Shown here one piece after another: positions 1-12,281 of a DNA stretch of 64,000 nt. This DNA comes from Escherichia coli (GTDB taxonomy: Bacteria; Pseudomonadota; Gammaproteobacteria; Enterobacterales; Enterobacteriaceae). Location: NCBI RefSeq assembly GCF_030013595.1, contig NZ_CP122768.1. One strand, written 5' to 3'. How positions within the stretch are numbered: the stretch's first letter is position 1; every line of letters starts with the position of its first letter. A model generated the notes under the pieces. The model made no database searches and had not been told where the DNA came from. It saw nothing but the letters and a program-made list of their open reading frames with translations. A program made the position numbers and the translations under genes.

Positions 1-328
<328 letters not shown>

Positions 329-329
329 A

Positions 330-1079
<750 letters not shown>

Positions 1080-1151
1080 TTATTCCCAAGAATTGATAGT
1101 GAGCGTAATATTCACGCGCTCAATTATCATAACTTATTCCTGGGGAATGCT

Positions 1152-2192
1152 ATGACTGGTCAGTCTTCATCTCAGGCGGCAACGCCCATTCAGTGGTGGA
1201 AACCCGCGCTTTTCTTTCTCGTTGTCATTGCCGGTCTCTGGTATGTGAAATGGCAACCTTACTACGGCAAAGCGTTTACTGCTGCCGAAACCCACAGTAT
1301 CGGTAAATCTATCCTTGCGCAGGCGGATGCTAATCCGTGGCAGGCGGCGTTGGATTACGCGATGATCTATTTCCTCGCGGTATGGAAAGCGGCGGTGCTG
1401 GGGGTGATCCTCGGTTCGTTGATTCAGGTGCTGATCCCGCGTGACTGGTTGCTGCGTACGCTTGGGCAATCGCGCTTTCGCGGCACGCTGCTGGGAACGC
1501 TGTTTTCGCTGCCGGGCATGATGTGTACCTGCTGTGCGGCTCCGGTCGCGGCGGGAATGCGTCGCCAACAGGTGTCGATGGGCGGTGCGCTGGCATTCTG
1601 GATGGGGAATCCGTTGTTAAACCCGGCGACGCTGGTGTTTATGGGGTTTGTCCTCGGCTGGGGCTTTGCCGCGATTCGTCTGGTGGCGGGGCTGGTGATG
1701 GTGTTGCTGATTGCGACGCTGGTGCAAAAATGGGTGCGTGAAACACCGCAAACGCAGGCACCGGTCGAAATTGACATACCGGAAGCGCAGGGCGGATTTT
1801 TTAGCCGCTGGGGCAGGGCGCTATGGACGCTTTTCTGGAGTACGATCCCGGTTTACATCCTTGCAGTACTGGTGTTGGGTGCCGCTCGCGTCTGGTTATT
1901 CCCGCATGCCGATGGTGCTGTCGATAACAGCCTGATGTGGGTGGTGGCGATGGCGGTAGTAGGATGCTTGTTTGTCATTCCCACGGCAGCAGAAATTCCA
2001 ATTGTGCAAACGATGATGCTGGCAGGCATGGGAACCGCTCCGGCGCTGGCATTGTTGATGACGCTCCCGGCGGTGAGTTTGCCGTCACTGATTATGTTGC
2101 GTAAAGCGTTCCCGGCGAAAGCCTTATGGCTGACAGGGGCGATGGTGGCAGTGTCAGGTGTGATTGTCGGCGGGCTGGCGCTGTTGGCCTAA
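1152..2192 (+). CDS. yraQ: Predicted permease YraQ (346 aa, multi-pass membrane protein)
   Basis: ORF track 1152..2192; hydrophobic multi-helix protein; position between yraR and dolP matches K-12 order. Confidence 0.85.
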   Translation: MTGQSSSQAATPIQWWKPALFFLVVIAGLWYVKWQPYYGKAFTAAETHSIGKSILAQADANPWQAALDYAMIYFLAVWKAAVLGVILGSLIQVLIPRDWLLRTLGQSRFRGTLLGTLFSLPGMMCTCCAAPVAAGMRRQQVSMGGALAFWMGNPLLNPATLVFMGFVLGWGFAAIRLVAGLVMVLLIATLVQKWVRETPQTQAPVEIDIPEAQGGFFSRWGRALWTLFWSTIPVYILAVLVLGAARVWLFPHADGAVDNSLMWVVAMAVVGCLFVIPTAAEIPIVQTMMLAGMGTAPALALLMTLPAVSLPSLIMLRKAFPAKALWLTGAMVAVSGVIVGGLALLA

Positions 2193-2227
2193 GATGTTGG
2201 ATGCTCCTGAATACAGCACTGGACGGT

Positions 2228-2252
2228 CCCCTCTCCCCTTTGGGGAGAGGGT
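2228..2252. repeat. GC-rich palindrome (cctctcccc-tttg-gggagagg) between convergent yraQ and dolP
   Basis: Perfect 9-bp inverted repeat with 4-nt loop seen directly; no flanking T-run so not a classic intrinsic terminator. Confidence 0.4.
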
Positions 2253-2307
2253 GAGGGGAACAGGTCGGCTAAGGTGTGAATATTTACTTCAACGACCGAT
2301 CAATGGC

Positions 2308-2883
2308 TTATTTAATAAACGTAAACGCCGTGGTTACCCGCTTCACGCCGCTTACCCGGCTGGCAATATCTGCCGCCGCTTTCGCTTCACGTTCAGTCAC
2401 TAGTCCCATCAGGAACACTTCACCGTTTTCGGTGGTCACTTTCACGTTGGACGATTTCACCAGGTCGCTGGTTAAGAGCTGCGAACGCACTTTGGTGGTG
2501 ATCCACGTATCGTTAGACGCTTCGCCCAGACCAATCGGCTGGCCCTGACGAATCTCGTTATACACTTCGTTGGCACCGTCTACGCCCATAGCAATCTGTT
2601 TGGCGCGAGCCGAAAGTTCAGCGTTTGGTGACTGCCCAACCAGCAGCACTTTGCCCTGATAGGCCGTTACATTAATGCGCGCTTCTTTCTTAATCTGTTC
2701 GTCTTTCGACAATGCGCTGTTCACGCGCACTTCCAGGGTACCATCGTCCACCTGGGTGCCGACACTGCGTGGGTCAGTTGCGGCTTTGGTACCTACAGCA
2801 GCGGTACCCACTACGGCAGCGGCAACACAACCTTGCAACAGCAGCGCGGAAAGAAGGACTGCGATTGGCGATAATGCCTTCAT
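2308..2883 (-). CDS. dolP: Outer-membrane BON-domain lipoprotein DolP/YraP (191 aa)
   Basis: ORF 2308..2883; N-terminal lipoprotein signal MKALSPIAVLLSALLLQGC; two BON-like repeats. Confidence 0.85.
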   Translation of the reverse strand: MKALSPIAVLLSALLLQGCVAAAVVGTAAVGTKAATDPRSVGTQVDDGTLEVRVNSALSKDEQIKKEARINVTAYQGKVLLVGQSPNAELSARAKQIAMGVDGANEVYNEIRQGQPIGLGEASNDTWITTKVRSQLLTSDLVKSSNVKVTTENGEVFLMGLVTEREAKAAADIASRVSGVKRVTTAFTFIK

Positions 2884-2892
2884 GTATTCTCC

Positions 2893-3483
2893 TTAAACAT
2901 CCTGGTGAGGGAAAAGCGTGTTATCGATCAGATCGCACAGGCAATTTACCGTCAGCATATGCATTTCCTGAATGCGAGCACTACGATGCGAAGGAATGCG
3001 GATCTCCACATCCTGTGGCCCTAACAAACCTGCAAGTTCACCGCCGTCATAGCCGGTTAATGCCACAATGGTCATATCACGCGTAACGGCAGCTTCTACC
3101 GCTTTTACAATATCGCGGCTGTTGCCACGGGTGGAAATGGCTAACAATACATCTCCCGCATGACCCAGCGCCCGCACCTGTTTTGCATACACTTCATCAT
3201 GTAAGCGATCGTTGGCAATCGCCGTTAAGACAACATTATCAGTATTTAGTGCAATGGCAGGTAAGCTGGGCCGCTCCGTTTCGAAACGGTTGATCATGCT
3301 GGCAGCAAAATGCTGTGCATTGGCAGCGGAAGTTCCATTACCACAACAGAGGATTTTGTTGCCATTGAGCAGAGACTGAACCAGCGTCATGGCTGCACGG
3401 GAGATGGCATCCGGAAGCGCCTCTGCCGCCGCAATTTGAGTTTGAATGCTTTCAGTGAAGCAAGCTTTAATTCTTTCTTGCAC
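2893..3483 (-). CDS. diaA: DnaA initiator-associating protein DiaA (SIS domain, 196 aa)
   Basis: ORF 2893..3483; SIS/phosphoheptose-isomerase-like sequence; synteny. Confidence 0.85.
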
Positions 3484-3502
3484 GCTAATCCTTAAACCTT
3501 AA

Positions 3503-3898
3503 TTATGAGTGGTCATTAAAGGCATCCTTAATCCACTCAACCTCATTCCCGGTGAAGGCTACCACATCGAACCGGCAATCCACAGTATCAAAACTCCCAT
3601 TATGACGCGCGAGCCACAAGCGGGCAGTCTGTAATAATTTGTGTTGTTTGCTGCGGGTCACACTGGCTGCCGCGCCGCCATAAAGCGCAGAGCGGCGGTA
3701 ACGCACCTCGACAAAAACGGTGGTCCGGCCTTCACGCATTATCAGATCGATCTCGCCGCCACGCTCGTTCACGTTAGCGGCGATAAACCGCAGTCCTTTG
3801 CCTTCCAGCCAGCGACGCGCTTGTGCTTCCCACGCATCGCCGGTCTGTTTGGTGGTTAACTGGCGGGGACTACCTGACCTTGTTGGTACTGTAGCCAT
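3503..3898 (-). CDS. yraN: UPF0102 protein YraN (131 aa)
   Basis: ORF 3503..3898; synteny between diaA and lpoA; overlaps 3' end of lpoA. Confidence 0.8.
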   Translation of the reverse strand: MATVPTRSGSPRQLTTKQTGDAWEAQARRWLEGKGLRFIAANVNERGGEIDLIMREGRTTVFVEVRYRRSALYGGAAASVTRSKQHKLLQTARLWLARHNGSFDTVDCRFDVVAFTGNEVEWIKDAFNDHS

Positions 3899-5892
3899 GA
3901 TAACTTCCTGTTAATCACGCAATCCGGGTTAGCCGTCAGACTTCCGGTATTACCGTTGATTTCAAAACCCTGAACCTGGCGCATTTGTGAGAAATGATTT
4001 GCCAACGACCAGGCATCGACGCCCATCGCATACATGCGAGCCAGCGAATAATCGTTGTTCACCGCGCTGAGCGCCTGCTGCATTAACGGCAGATTACCGC
4101 CTGCCAGCATCGGGATTTCGCTGTACTGCAAGCCTTCCATCTCCAGACGGAAATCCGGGCCTGCGGTGCCTTGTGCGCTGCGGGAACTGGCGTACAGCGT
4201 TGCACCGCTCTGGCTACCGTTACGCATGGCGATCATCGGTTTGATAAAAGCGATTTCACCCGGCGTTGCCACAATGTACACCGCATCGACACGACCGCCA
4301 TTATTGGTGAACTGGTCATCGGTTGGCGTGGTTTGCAGCGTTGGATTGTTGGTCGTCATGCCGGAGTCGGTTGTCGCTCTGGGAGTAATCGGGCTACCCG
4401 TTAAAGCAATACCAGAACCGCCGTTAACACCCGCGCGTAATTCGCTGGTGGAACCAAATTTTTGTTGCAGAACGGTGCCGCCACCCAGTTTCTGCCACTC
4501 TTGCGCAAACGCATTGGCTACGCGATCGCCCAATGAACTGCGTGGGATCAGCACCAGCGGCGCTTGTTTACCCTGGTCACGAATATGACGCGCTGCATCG
4601 CGCGCTTCGTCTTCCGGTGAAAGCGCGAAGTAACAAATATTGACGCGGTTTTCGATGTTCTCCGGCTGGTTCAGTGCCAGCACGTTCAGCGGAGTGTTGC
4701 TCTTCAGCAACTCTTCAACGTTATTTTTCAGCAACGGACCGACCACAATACTCGCGCCATCCTGCTGAACCTGGCTTAAGATCTGGCTAAGTGGTTGTGA
4801 TGAGGTATCGTAGATTTTCAGCTCTGCGGATGGATTTGCGGGTGCGCTTACCGCTGCGGTGCTTGTCGCCGGGGCGCTTACAGGCACCGGCTGGGCCGCA
4901 GGTTGTTCACCGGTCAGATCGCTAACCGAGGCTTGTGCCGGGCTGGCAACGCCATCCACGGTTTGCGGCTGAGGTTGTTCTGCTACGTCTGCGGCAGGTG
5001 CGGCAGCTACCTGAGCCGCCACTGGCTGAGTGCCGATATTTTTTGCCGCTTCAAAGCCTTGCTGAATAGTGCGACCAAATACCGCTGCCTGGCCATTCAG
5101 TGGCAACAGCAGGGCGATTTTGTTGGTCGATGCGGGTTTAAACGCTTTTACGTTAACCAACTGCGTTGGCAGCATTTTCGCGCCCGGGTTGTTCGGATAA
5201 CGTTTCTGCCAGTCGGCGATCCCGGCTTTCATCATGTCGGGATCGTTACGGTTATCAAACCAGATGCGCTGCAGATCCAGCCAGCCTTGCAGAATATTTT
5301 CGTCGGCATTGATCACCAGCGTATTCGCCTGTTCCTGAGTCATGGAGGAGAGCGCCTGCCAGGTGGCGTCAATATTCTGCTGCTTTTCTTTCGCGCCGAG
5401 CAGCGGTTCCTGAGCAATTAACGCGCGCAGTAAATCAATGGAAGGACGCCCCTGGCTGGCATCGATTTTTGCCTGCCAGTAACGCGCTTGCTGGTTTTGT
5501 TCTAAATCTGCAGGTGTGATTTTCGCCAGCAAGTTTTGCGCGCCAGCAAAATCTTTCTGCGCCAGTTTAATCTCTGCCGCCAGCAGTGTTTTCTCGCGAC
5601 GCTGAGAATCGTTCAGTTCTTGCGGTAGTTGGTTAAACAACTCCACCGCCTGTCCGGTTTTACCTTCTTTCACCAGTGCACGAATGGCGAGTAATTGCCA
5701 GTTGATCCTGGTATCATCAGAACTTTGCTGCATCTGTTGCAGGTAAAAGGCAGAATCAGCCTGCGCCGTGCCCTGCATATAAGCAGTGGACTGATCGGGA
5801 GTATGGGTGCCACAACCGGCGAAAATCAGGGCTGCCAGAACAACAGGCAGACAACGCGCGGCTTTCAAACGAGAAAATGTTGAGGGTACCAT
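3856..5892 (-). CDS. lpoA: Penicillin-binding protein activator LpoA (678 aa)
   Basis: ORF track 3856..5922; start trimmed to [27 protein letters not shown] (lipoprotein signal); TPR-like N-domain and periplasmic-binding-like C-domain. Confidence 0.85.
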   Translation of the reverse strand: MVPSTFSRLKAARCLPVVLAALIFAGCGTHTPDQSTAYMQGTAQADSAFYLQQMQQSSDDTRINWQLLAIRALVKEGKTGQAVELFNQLPQELNDSQRREKTLLAAEIKLAQKDFAGAQNLLAKITPADLEQNQQARYWQAKIDASQGRPSIDLLRALIAQEPLLGAKEKQQNIDATWQALSSMTQEQANTLVINADENILQGWLDLQRIWFDNRNDPDMMKAGIADWQKRYPNNPGAKMLPTQLVNVKAFKPASTNKIALLLPLNGQAAVFGRTIQQGFEAAKNIGTQPVAAQVAAAPAADVAEQPQPQTVDGVASPAQASVSDLTGEQPAAQPVPVSAPATSTAAVSAPANPSAELKIYDTSSQPLSQILSQVQQDGASIVVGPLLKNNVEELLKSNTPLNVLALNQPENIENRVNICYFALSPEDEARDAARHIRDQGKQAPLVLIPRSSLGDRVANAFAQEWQKLGGGTVLQQKFGSTSELRAGVNGGSGIALTGSPITPRATTDSGMTTNNPTLQTTPTDDQFTNNGGRVDAVYIVATPGEIAFIKPMIAMRNGSQSGATLYASSRSAQGTAGPDFRLEMEGLQYSEIPMLAGGNLPLMQQALSAVNNDYSLARMYAMGVDAWSLANHFSQMRQVQGFEINGNTGSLTANPDCVINRKLSWLQYQQGQVVPAS

Positions 5893-5956
5893 AATGTATC
5901 CAGTGATATTTTTTTTACGCAATGCTCAATATTAAATCGGCAATACGGACGACACA

Positions 5957-6820
5957 ATGAAACAACACCAATCGGCGGATAATTCTCAGGGCCAGCTTTA
6001 CATTGTACCGACGCCAATCGGCAATCTGGCGGATATCACCCAGCGTGCGTTGGAGGTATTACAGGCCGTTGATCTGATTGCCGCCGAGGATACGCGTCAC
6101 ACCGGTTTATTGCTGCAACATTTTGGGATTAATGCTCGGTTGTTTGCGCTGCACGACCATAACGAACAACAAAAAGCCGAAACGCTGCTGGCGAAGCTGC
6201 AAGAGGGGCAAAACATTGCGCTGGTTTCCGATGCCGGAACGCCTCTAATTAACGATCCTGGCTACCATCTGGTGCGTACCTGCCGTGAAGCGGGGATTCG
6301 CGTGGTGCCGCTACCCGGGCCGTGTGCTGCTATCACTGCGTTAAGCGCCGCGGGTTTACCATCCGATCGTTTTTGTTATGAAGGCTTTTTACCTGCCAAA
6401 TCAAAAGGCCGCCGTGATGCGCTAAAAGCCATTGAAGCGGAGCCGCGCACGCTGATTTTTTATGAATCTACCCACCGTCTGTTAGATAGCCTGGAAGATA
6501 TCGTAGCGGTATTAGGCGAATCCCGCTATGTCGTTCTGGCGCGTGAGCTGACCAAAACCTGGGAAACCATTCACGGCGCGCCCGTTGGCGAGCTGCTGGC
6601 GTGGGTCAAAGAAGATGAAAACCGTCGCAAAGGCGAAATGGTACTGATTGTCGAAGGCCATAAAGCACAGGAAGAAGACTTACCCGCTGATGCCCTGCGC
6701 ACGCTGGCGCTGTTGCAGGCAGAACTGCCACTGAAAAAAGCGGCGGCGCTGGCAGCAGAAATTCACGGCGTGAAGAAAAATGCGCTGTATAAGTATGCAC
6801 TGGAGCAGCAGGGAGAGTGA
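5957..6820 (+). CDS. rsmI: 16S rRNA 2'-O-ribose C1402 methyltransferase RsmI
   Basis: ORF 5957..6820 (287 aa); tetrapyrrole-methylase fold sequence; divergent from lpoA as in K-12. Confidence 0.9.
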
Positions 6821-6869
6821 TTACAGGCGTCGCAGCAGGAATAGCGTTGCAACGCCTGTAGCAGGCGAG

Positions 6870-7637
6870 TTAACGACGACACATCTCATCAATCATGCAT
6901 GTGAAATAGTTATGCAGCCATAAAAATGAAGCCGGGATAGCGGTAGAGACTTTAGCCGTGAGAAAACGTTCTGTCGCATCCTGCTTTCCTTCGCCAGTCA
7001 CCAGTAACAAAACTTCGCGGGCATTGAGAATATCCTTCAGGCCTAAGGTGATCCCACGAGTCACGGGACGGCCCGCGGTTTTTAACATCTCATGTTGCTG
7101 TGTTCTGGCATCAAGTTGACTGATATGGCAGGCCGGTTGCAGGTTTTCTCCCGGTTCGTTCAGCCCAAGATGACCGTTTTTCCCCAATCCGAGAACGCAT
7201 AAATCCAGACCGCCTTTGCGCGCAATCAGGTTCGTTACCCGTTCGCACTCTGTCTCATTTATCTCTTCGGAGCGAAAGCTGATGAGCTGGTCTTCACGTA
7301 GCCCCAGCGGCTGCACGATATGCTGTTGCAGGAAAGTTTCGCAGGTACCAGGCATCGTTAATGGCAGATCCACCCATTCGTCGAGCTTCACGAAGGTGAG
7401 CTGGCTGACATCAACCTGCTGCTGGTGGATTTTTTCTACCAGATAATGATACGTCAGTAATGGCGTGGCTCCGGTCGCCAGGCAAATCACGGCATCCGGT
7501 TTGCTACGGATCACGGCCAATAAATATTCGCTGGCACGTTCACTTAACGCCGTATAGTTTTCAACTTGTTGAAGGGTTTGCACAGGATGAAATTCCTTAA
7601 GTAAAGAGGCACCGCCAGACGCAGTGCCTCGTTCCAT
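6870..7637 (-). CDS. agaI: Galactosamine-6-phosphate deaminase/isomerase AgaI
   Basis: ORF 6870..7637; NagB-like glucosamine-6-P deaminase family; last gene of aga cluster. Confidence 0.8.
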   Translation of the reverse strand: MERGTASGGASLLKEFHPVQTLQQVENYTALSERASEYLLAVIRSKPDAVICLATGATPLLTYHYLVEKIHQQQVDVSQLTFVKLDEWVDLPLTMPGTCETFLQQHIVQPLGLREDQLISFRSEEINETECERVTNLIARKGGLDLCVLGLGKNGHLGLNEPGENLQPACHISQLDARTQQHEMLKTAGRPVTRGITLGLKDILNAREVLLLVTGEGKQDATERFLTAKVSTAIPASFLWLHNYFTCMIDEMCRR

Positions 7638-8429
7638 TTACAAAATGCCGAATGCGGAACAAACAATAGAGAGCACAAAAGTCACGCCGATTAACAGCAC
7701 CGGATGCGCTTTTTTCACCCGCAGGAAGTAATACATCAGCAGGGTGTAGGCCATCGGTAAAATATTCGGGAAGACTTTATCGAAGAAATCCTGCTGCAGC
7801 GCGACGCTGTGGGTACTGTCGATGGCAAACGATGTCACCACGTTAATATGCACATACGAAGCGATCAGTCCGCCGATTACCGTGATCCCGAGGATGGTTG
7901 CCGAACGAGCAATCATCTGCGAGTTCTCTCGCACTTTATCGATCGCCTTCACGCCGACTGAATAACCGACGTGGGTCCAGCCGACGCGCAGGAAGAAGAT
8001 AAGCAGGTAAACGGCGAAAAATAGAATCGGCCCCAGCAAGTTTCCCTGGCTGGCAAATGATGAGCAAATTCCCGCCATAATCGGCAATAAGGTAAACCAG
8101 AAAATCGCATCGCCAATCCCGGCGATTGGGCCAAACAGTGCCACTTTGAGGCCTTTAATGGTGTCGCGGTTTTCTCCTTTTTCTTCCATCGAAATTAATA
8201 ACCCCATCAGGAATCCGACCAGATTCGGGTGGGTATTAATAAATTCGAGGTTATCTTTCATCGCCGCGCTTAGGCCCGGTTTGTCGTCCTTATAAATCTT
8301 TTTCAGGATCGGCAACATCGCCCAGGTAAAACCGCCCGCCTGCATCCTTTCGTAGTTAAAGCTCGCTTGCAGCAGTGACGAACGAAAGCCCAGACGGGTG
8401 ATATCTTTTTTACTGATTTCAGATCCCAT
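7638..8429 (-). CDS. agaD: PTS galactosamine-specific EIID component AgaD (263 aa)
   Basis: ORF track 7638..8576; start trimmed to MGSEISKKDITRLGFRSSLLQASFNYERMQ (mannose-family IID signature); 11-nt overlap with agaC. Confidence 0.8.
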   Translation of the reverse strand: MGSEISKKDITRLGFRSSLLQASFNYERMQAGGFTWAMLPILKKIYKDDKPGLSAAMKDNLEFINTHPNLVGFLMGLLISMEEKGENRDTIKGLKVALFGPIAGIGDAIFWFTLLPIMAGICSSFASQGNLLGPILFFAVYLLIFFLRVGWTHVGYSVGVKAIDKVRENSQMIARSATILGITVIGGLIASYVHINVVTSFAIDSTHSVALQQDFFDKVFPNILPMAYTLLMYYFLRVKKAHPVLLIGVTFVLSIVCSAFGIL

Positions 8430-9222
8430 TGCTGTAGTCCTCTTCTTCATTTTTACTGGCAACGGGCTGCGGTTGCGCTTGCTGCCGGGATTTCGCATTG
8501 AAAAACTCATACACCGCAAAGCCTGCGCCCAGTACGGCAACCGGCAACAGGTTGCTGACCTGGATGTAGCAAACAAACAGGAAACCGGCGATCAGGTAAG
8601 GGATATATTGCGCTTTGAACATTACGCGCAGCAGCAAGCCAAAACCAACGGCAGGCAGAATACCGCCAGCCACTTCAAAGCCGTGGGTCAGCCAGGCGGG
8701 CATCGCTTTCACCAGCGCCTGCATCGCCCCTTGTGCCAGGTAAGTACAGAGGAAAGCAATCACCGCATACGCTGAAGCAACGATGAGCATCGTTGTCCAG
8801 TTAAGTCGGGAAAACGCTGCCGTATCCGCTTCTTTCGCGCATTTATCGGCTTTGGTCATAAATAATGAGAAAGCAGAATAGAAGAACAGAATGACATACT
8901 GCATTAACAAACTAAACGGCAGGCCAAGACCAATTGCTGTTTTGGCATCAACGCCCGTAGACCATGCAATGACGGTGGTCATCAGACCCGCCATAATCGG
9001 GTTGGGCGGCTGAACACCACCTGCAGGGGTTAATCCGGCGAAAGCCAACTCTGTCAGACCACCGGTAATTAAGCCAGTCTGAATATCACCGAGAATAGCG
9101 CCAGTTAGGGTACAAACGATTATCGGGCGGAATAAAAATAAGGCTTCCAGCCAAAAATCAATCCCCAGAACGAAAACTAACGCCGCCAGGGATAATCCCT
9201 GAAGTAGGGTTATTTCATGCAT
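8419..9222 (-). CDS. agaC: PTS galactosamine-specific EIIC component AgaC (267 aa)
   Basis: ORF 8419..9222; mannose-family IIC membrane protein. Confidence 0.85.
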   Translation of the reverse strand: MHEITLLQGLSLAALVFVLGIDFWLEALFLFRPIIVCTLTGAILGDIQTGLITGGLTELAFAGLTPAGGVQPPNPIMAGLMTTVIAWSTGVDAKTAIGLGLPFSLLMQYVILFFYSAFSLFMTKADKCAKEADTAAFSRLNWTTMLIVASAYAVIAFLCTYLAQGAMQALVKAMPAWLTHGFEVAGGILPAVGFGLLLRVMFKAQYIPYLIAGFLFVCYIQVSNLLPVAVLGAGFAVYEFFNAKSRQQAQPQPVASKNEEEDYSNGI

Positions 9223-9260
9223 TTTTATTACCTCAAACCAATATTAAGGCGATTTTAGAT

Positions 9261-9737
9261 TTAGTCAGGGATTTGTTCTTTTTGATCGCCAGGGACGTCC
9301 TGAATGAAAACATTCACGCCACGTTGTTTAATAAAACGTAAGTCCGTGAGATCCTGGTCATCGACATAAACTTTACTGCTGATTTGCTTTTTCCCTTCCG
9401 AGAAATGCATATTGCCGACGTTGACATCTTTCAGGTCAATGCCACCTTCTACCAATTTACGTACCGTTTGTGGCGTGCGGCAAATCAGGAAGATCTTCTG
9501 ATGCGGTGCAGCTTTGCCGATGACGTTAATGGTTTTTTCGATAGTAAAGAAACGAATGCCAAAGCCGTAGGTTTCCGCGGTAATACCCATTAATTTCTGT
9601 TGAATATCATCGTTAGCGACAACATCATCCACGACTACCAGCAGATTTGCACCGATGGTGGATGTCCAGGTCACGCCAACCTGACCGTGAACCAGACGGT
9701 TATCAATACGGGTTAAGAGAATATTTGGACTGCTCAT
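9261..9737 (-). CDS. agaB: PTS galactosamine-specific EIIB component AgaB (158 aa)
   Basis: ORF 9261..9737; mannose-family IIB with N-terminal LTRIDNRLVHGQV phospho-His motif. Confidence 0.85.
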   Translation of the reverse strand: MSSPNILLTRIDNRLVHGQVGVTWTSTIGANLLVVVDDVVANDDIQQKLMGITAETYGFGIRFFTIEKTINVIGKAAPHQKIFLICRTPQTVRKLVEGGIDLKDVNVGNMHFSEGKKQISSKVYVDDQDLTDLRFIKQRGVNVFIQDVPGDQKEQIPD

Positions 9738-9903
9738 TGTGTAATCCTCACCATAAAGTTGAATAATATAATTTTTTTAAATATATTATTGTTGCGGTAT
9801 TGTACTGATGTATTTATTAAGGTTTAGTTATCTCCTTTACCATTAAGGCACTCCCCGATATTAATCGGGAAGTACATTGGGATAAATCATAAAAAACTAA
9901 TGA

Positions 9904-10776
<873 letters not shown>

Positions 10777-11931
10777 TTATGCCTGCCACGGATGAATGAT
10801 TACGCCTTGCACCACGCGGTTAACGGTGCCGCTGGCTGATGGGGTATCCGGCGTATTGCCCATGTGCAGCGACTGCATCAGTGCAAACGTCTGGGCGTAC
10901 ATCAGGAAGCAAAATGCCTGCTCAACGTCGATAAAGTGACGGGACGGCGGCAGGATGATATGTGGACCGGCGGTAATAACGTCGTTGCTTTCCGCGGCGA
11001 TAGCGATTACGCGTATCGCCTGGTTATCGCGGCGAAGTTCAGCCAGCAGATCAAGATCATACTGACGGGTGTAAGGGTGGCTGGAGACAAATACCACCAC
11101 CAGCGTTTCGTTATCGACCAGCGATTTCGGGCCATGACGGAATCCGGTCGGGGAATCATAAAAGGCCGCCAGTTTACCCGCCGTCAGTTCCAGCACTTTC
11201 AGCGCCGACTCGCGTGCTGCGCCCTGTAAGCCACCGCTGCCGAGATAAACGATCCGTTTCCACGGTGCGTAACCAAACACACCTTCGCTGAAATCGCCCA
11301 GTGAGGTCAGGATCGCCTGGCAACGTTCCGCCACGTCGCGGAAGCTCTGGCTGTTGATCGTCTCAGGTGCGAAAACCGCGAGGCAGCTGGCCATCATGGT
11401 GGTAATGCTGCTGGTCATCGCAAAGCCGCGATCGTGCGTTTCTGCGGGCATCAGCAGGGCAAACGCGTTGTCGCTGTTGATCGCATTTTGGTAAAGAGCG
11501 CCCGCTTCGTTGCAGGTGATCGGCAGGTGATAGCACTCGGGTACAAATTGATTTGCCAGTTCCACGGCGGCGACGCTTTCCGGGCTGTTGCCGGATCGAC
11601 CGAAGGAGATCAACAGCAGTGGATGAGCTGGATTCAGGTAGTCCATCGGATTGGTGACCAGATCGGTGGTCGGTACGGCGCTGAAGTTTTTACCTGTATG
11701 GCTGGCGAGCCACGGCGCGATGATGTCACCGATAAATGCCGAGGTTCCGGCTCCGGTCAGGATTACCCGCAGATTCTCTTTGCGCAGTAACGGTTCAAGG
11801 AAGTTATTGAGCGCGGGACGTAGCGCGTCGATGTTGGTGAGTGAACGGATCCATGCGCGAGGCTGATGGCGGATCTCTTCTTCAGTCCATGTACCGGTTG
11901 CGGCAGCAGCAGGGGTGTAATTTTCTGGCAT
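10777..11931 (-). CDS. agaS: Galactosamine-6-phosphate deaminase/isomerase AgaS (SIS domains, 384 aa)
   Basis: ORF 10777..11931; tandem SIS domains. Confidence 0.9.
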   Translation of the reverse strand: MPENYTPAAAATGTWTEEEIRHQPRAWIRSLTNIDALRPALNNFLEPLLRKENLRVILTGAGTSAFIGDIIAPWLASHTGKNFSAVPTTDLVTNPMDYLNPAHPLLLISFGRSGNSPESVAAVELANQFVPECYHLPITCNEAGALYQNAINSDNAFALLMPAETHDRGFAMTSSITTMMASCLAVFAPETINSQSFRDVAERCQAILTSLGDFSEGVFGYAPWKRIVYLGSGGLQGAARESALKVLELTAGKLAAFYDSPTGFRHGPKSLVDNETLVVVFVSSHPYTRQYDLDLLAELRRDNQAIRVIAIAAESNDVITAGPHIILPPSRHFIDVEQAFCFLMYAQTFALMQSLHMGNTPDTPSASGTVNRVVQGVIIHPWQA

Positions 11932-12149
11932 AACTCAATCCTTAGTCTGATGAACTTGACGTCGGGCGTTGTCGCTTTCGCTTACCTTTCGTTTCATTTC
12001 ACTTGGTGATGTCTTTCGTTGATTAAAATCTATAGAAAAGAAACTGAAAGTTCAATGGAGAAAAAAGAAATAAAACGAAATTTGTGATCGTTGAAAGAAA
12101 AGACAAGGGAAGATTAAAGAATTGCATGATGACGTTGCTATGTGCACCG

Positions 12150-12220
12150 ATTGCCGGATGCGGCGTACCGTAGGTCGCATAAGACGCGTCAGCGTCGCAT
12201 CCGACACCGCTGCACAGATC
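12150..12220. repeat. REP/BIME palindromic units in agaS-agaA intergenic region
   Basis: gccggatgcggcgtaccgtaggtcgcataagacgcgtcagcgtcgcatccgacaccg matches the REP/PU consensus pattern. Confidence 0.55.
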
Positions 12221-12281
12221 AAAAAGAAAGAAAAAGAAAGGCCTTACGGGGGAAGTGAAGGCCCAATAAAGGAGCAAACCA

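Noticed and set aside
4055-5421. 177-aa and 172-aa ORFs antisense to lpoA
   Set aside because: Embedded antisense to lpoA; no RBS or domain signal.
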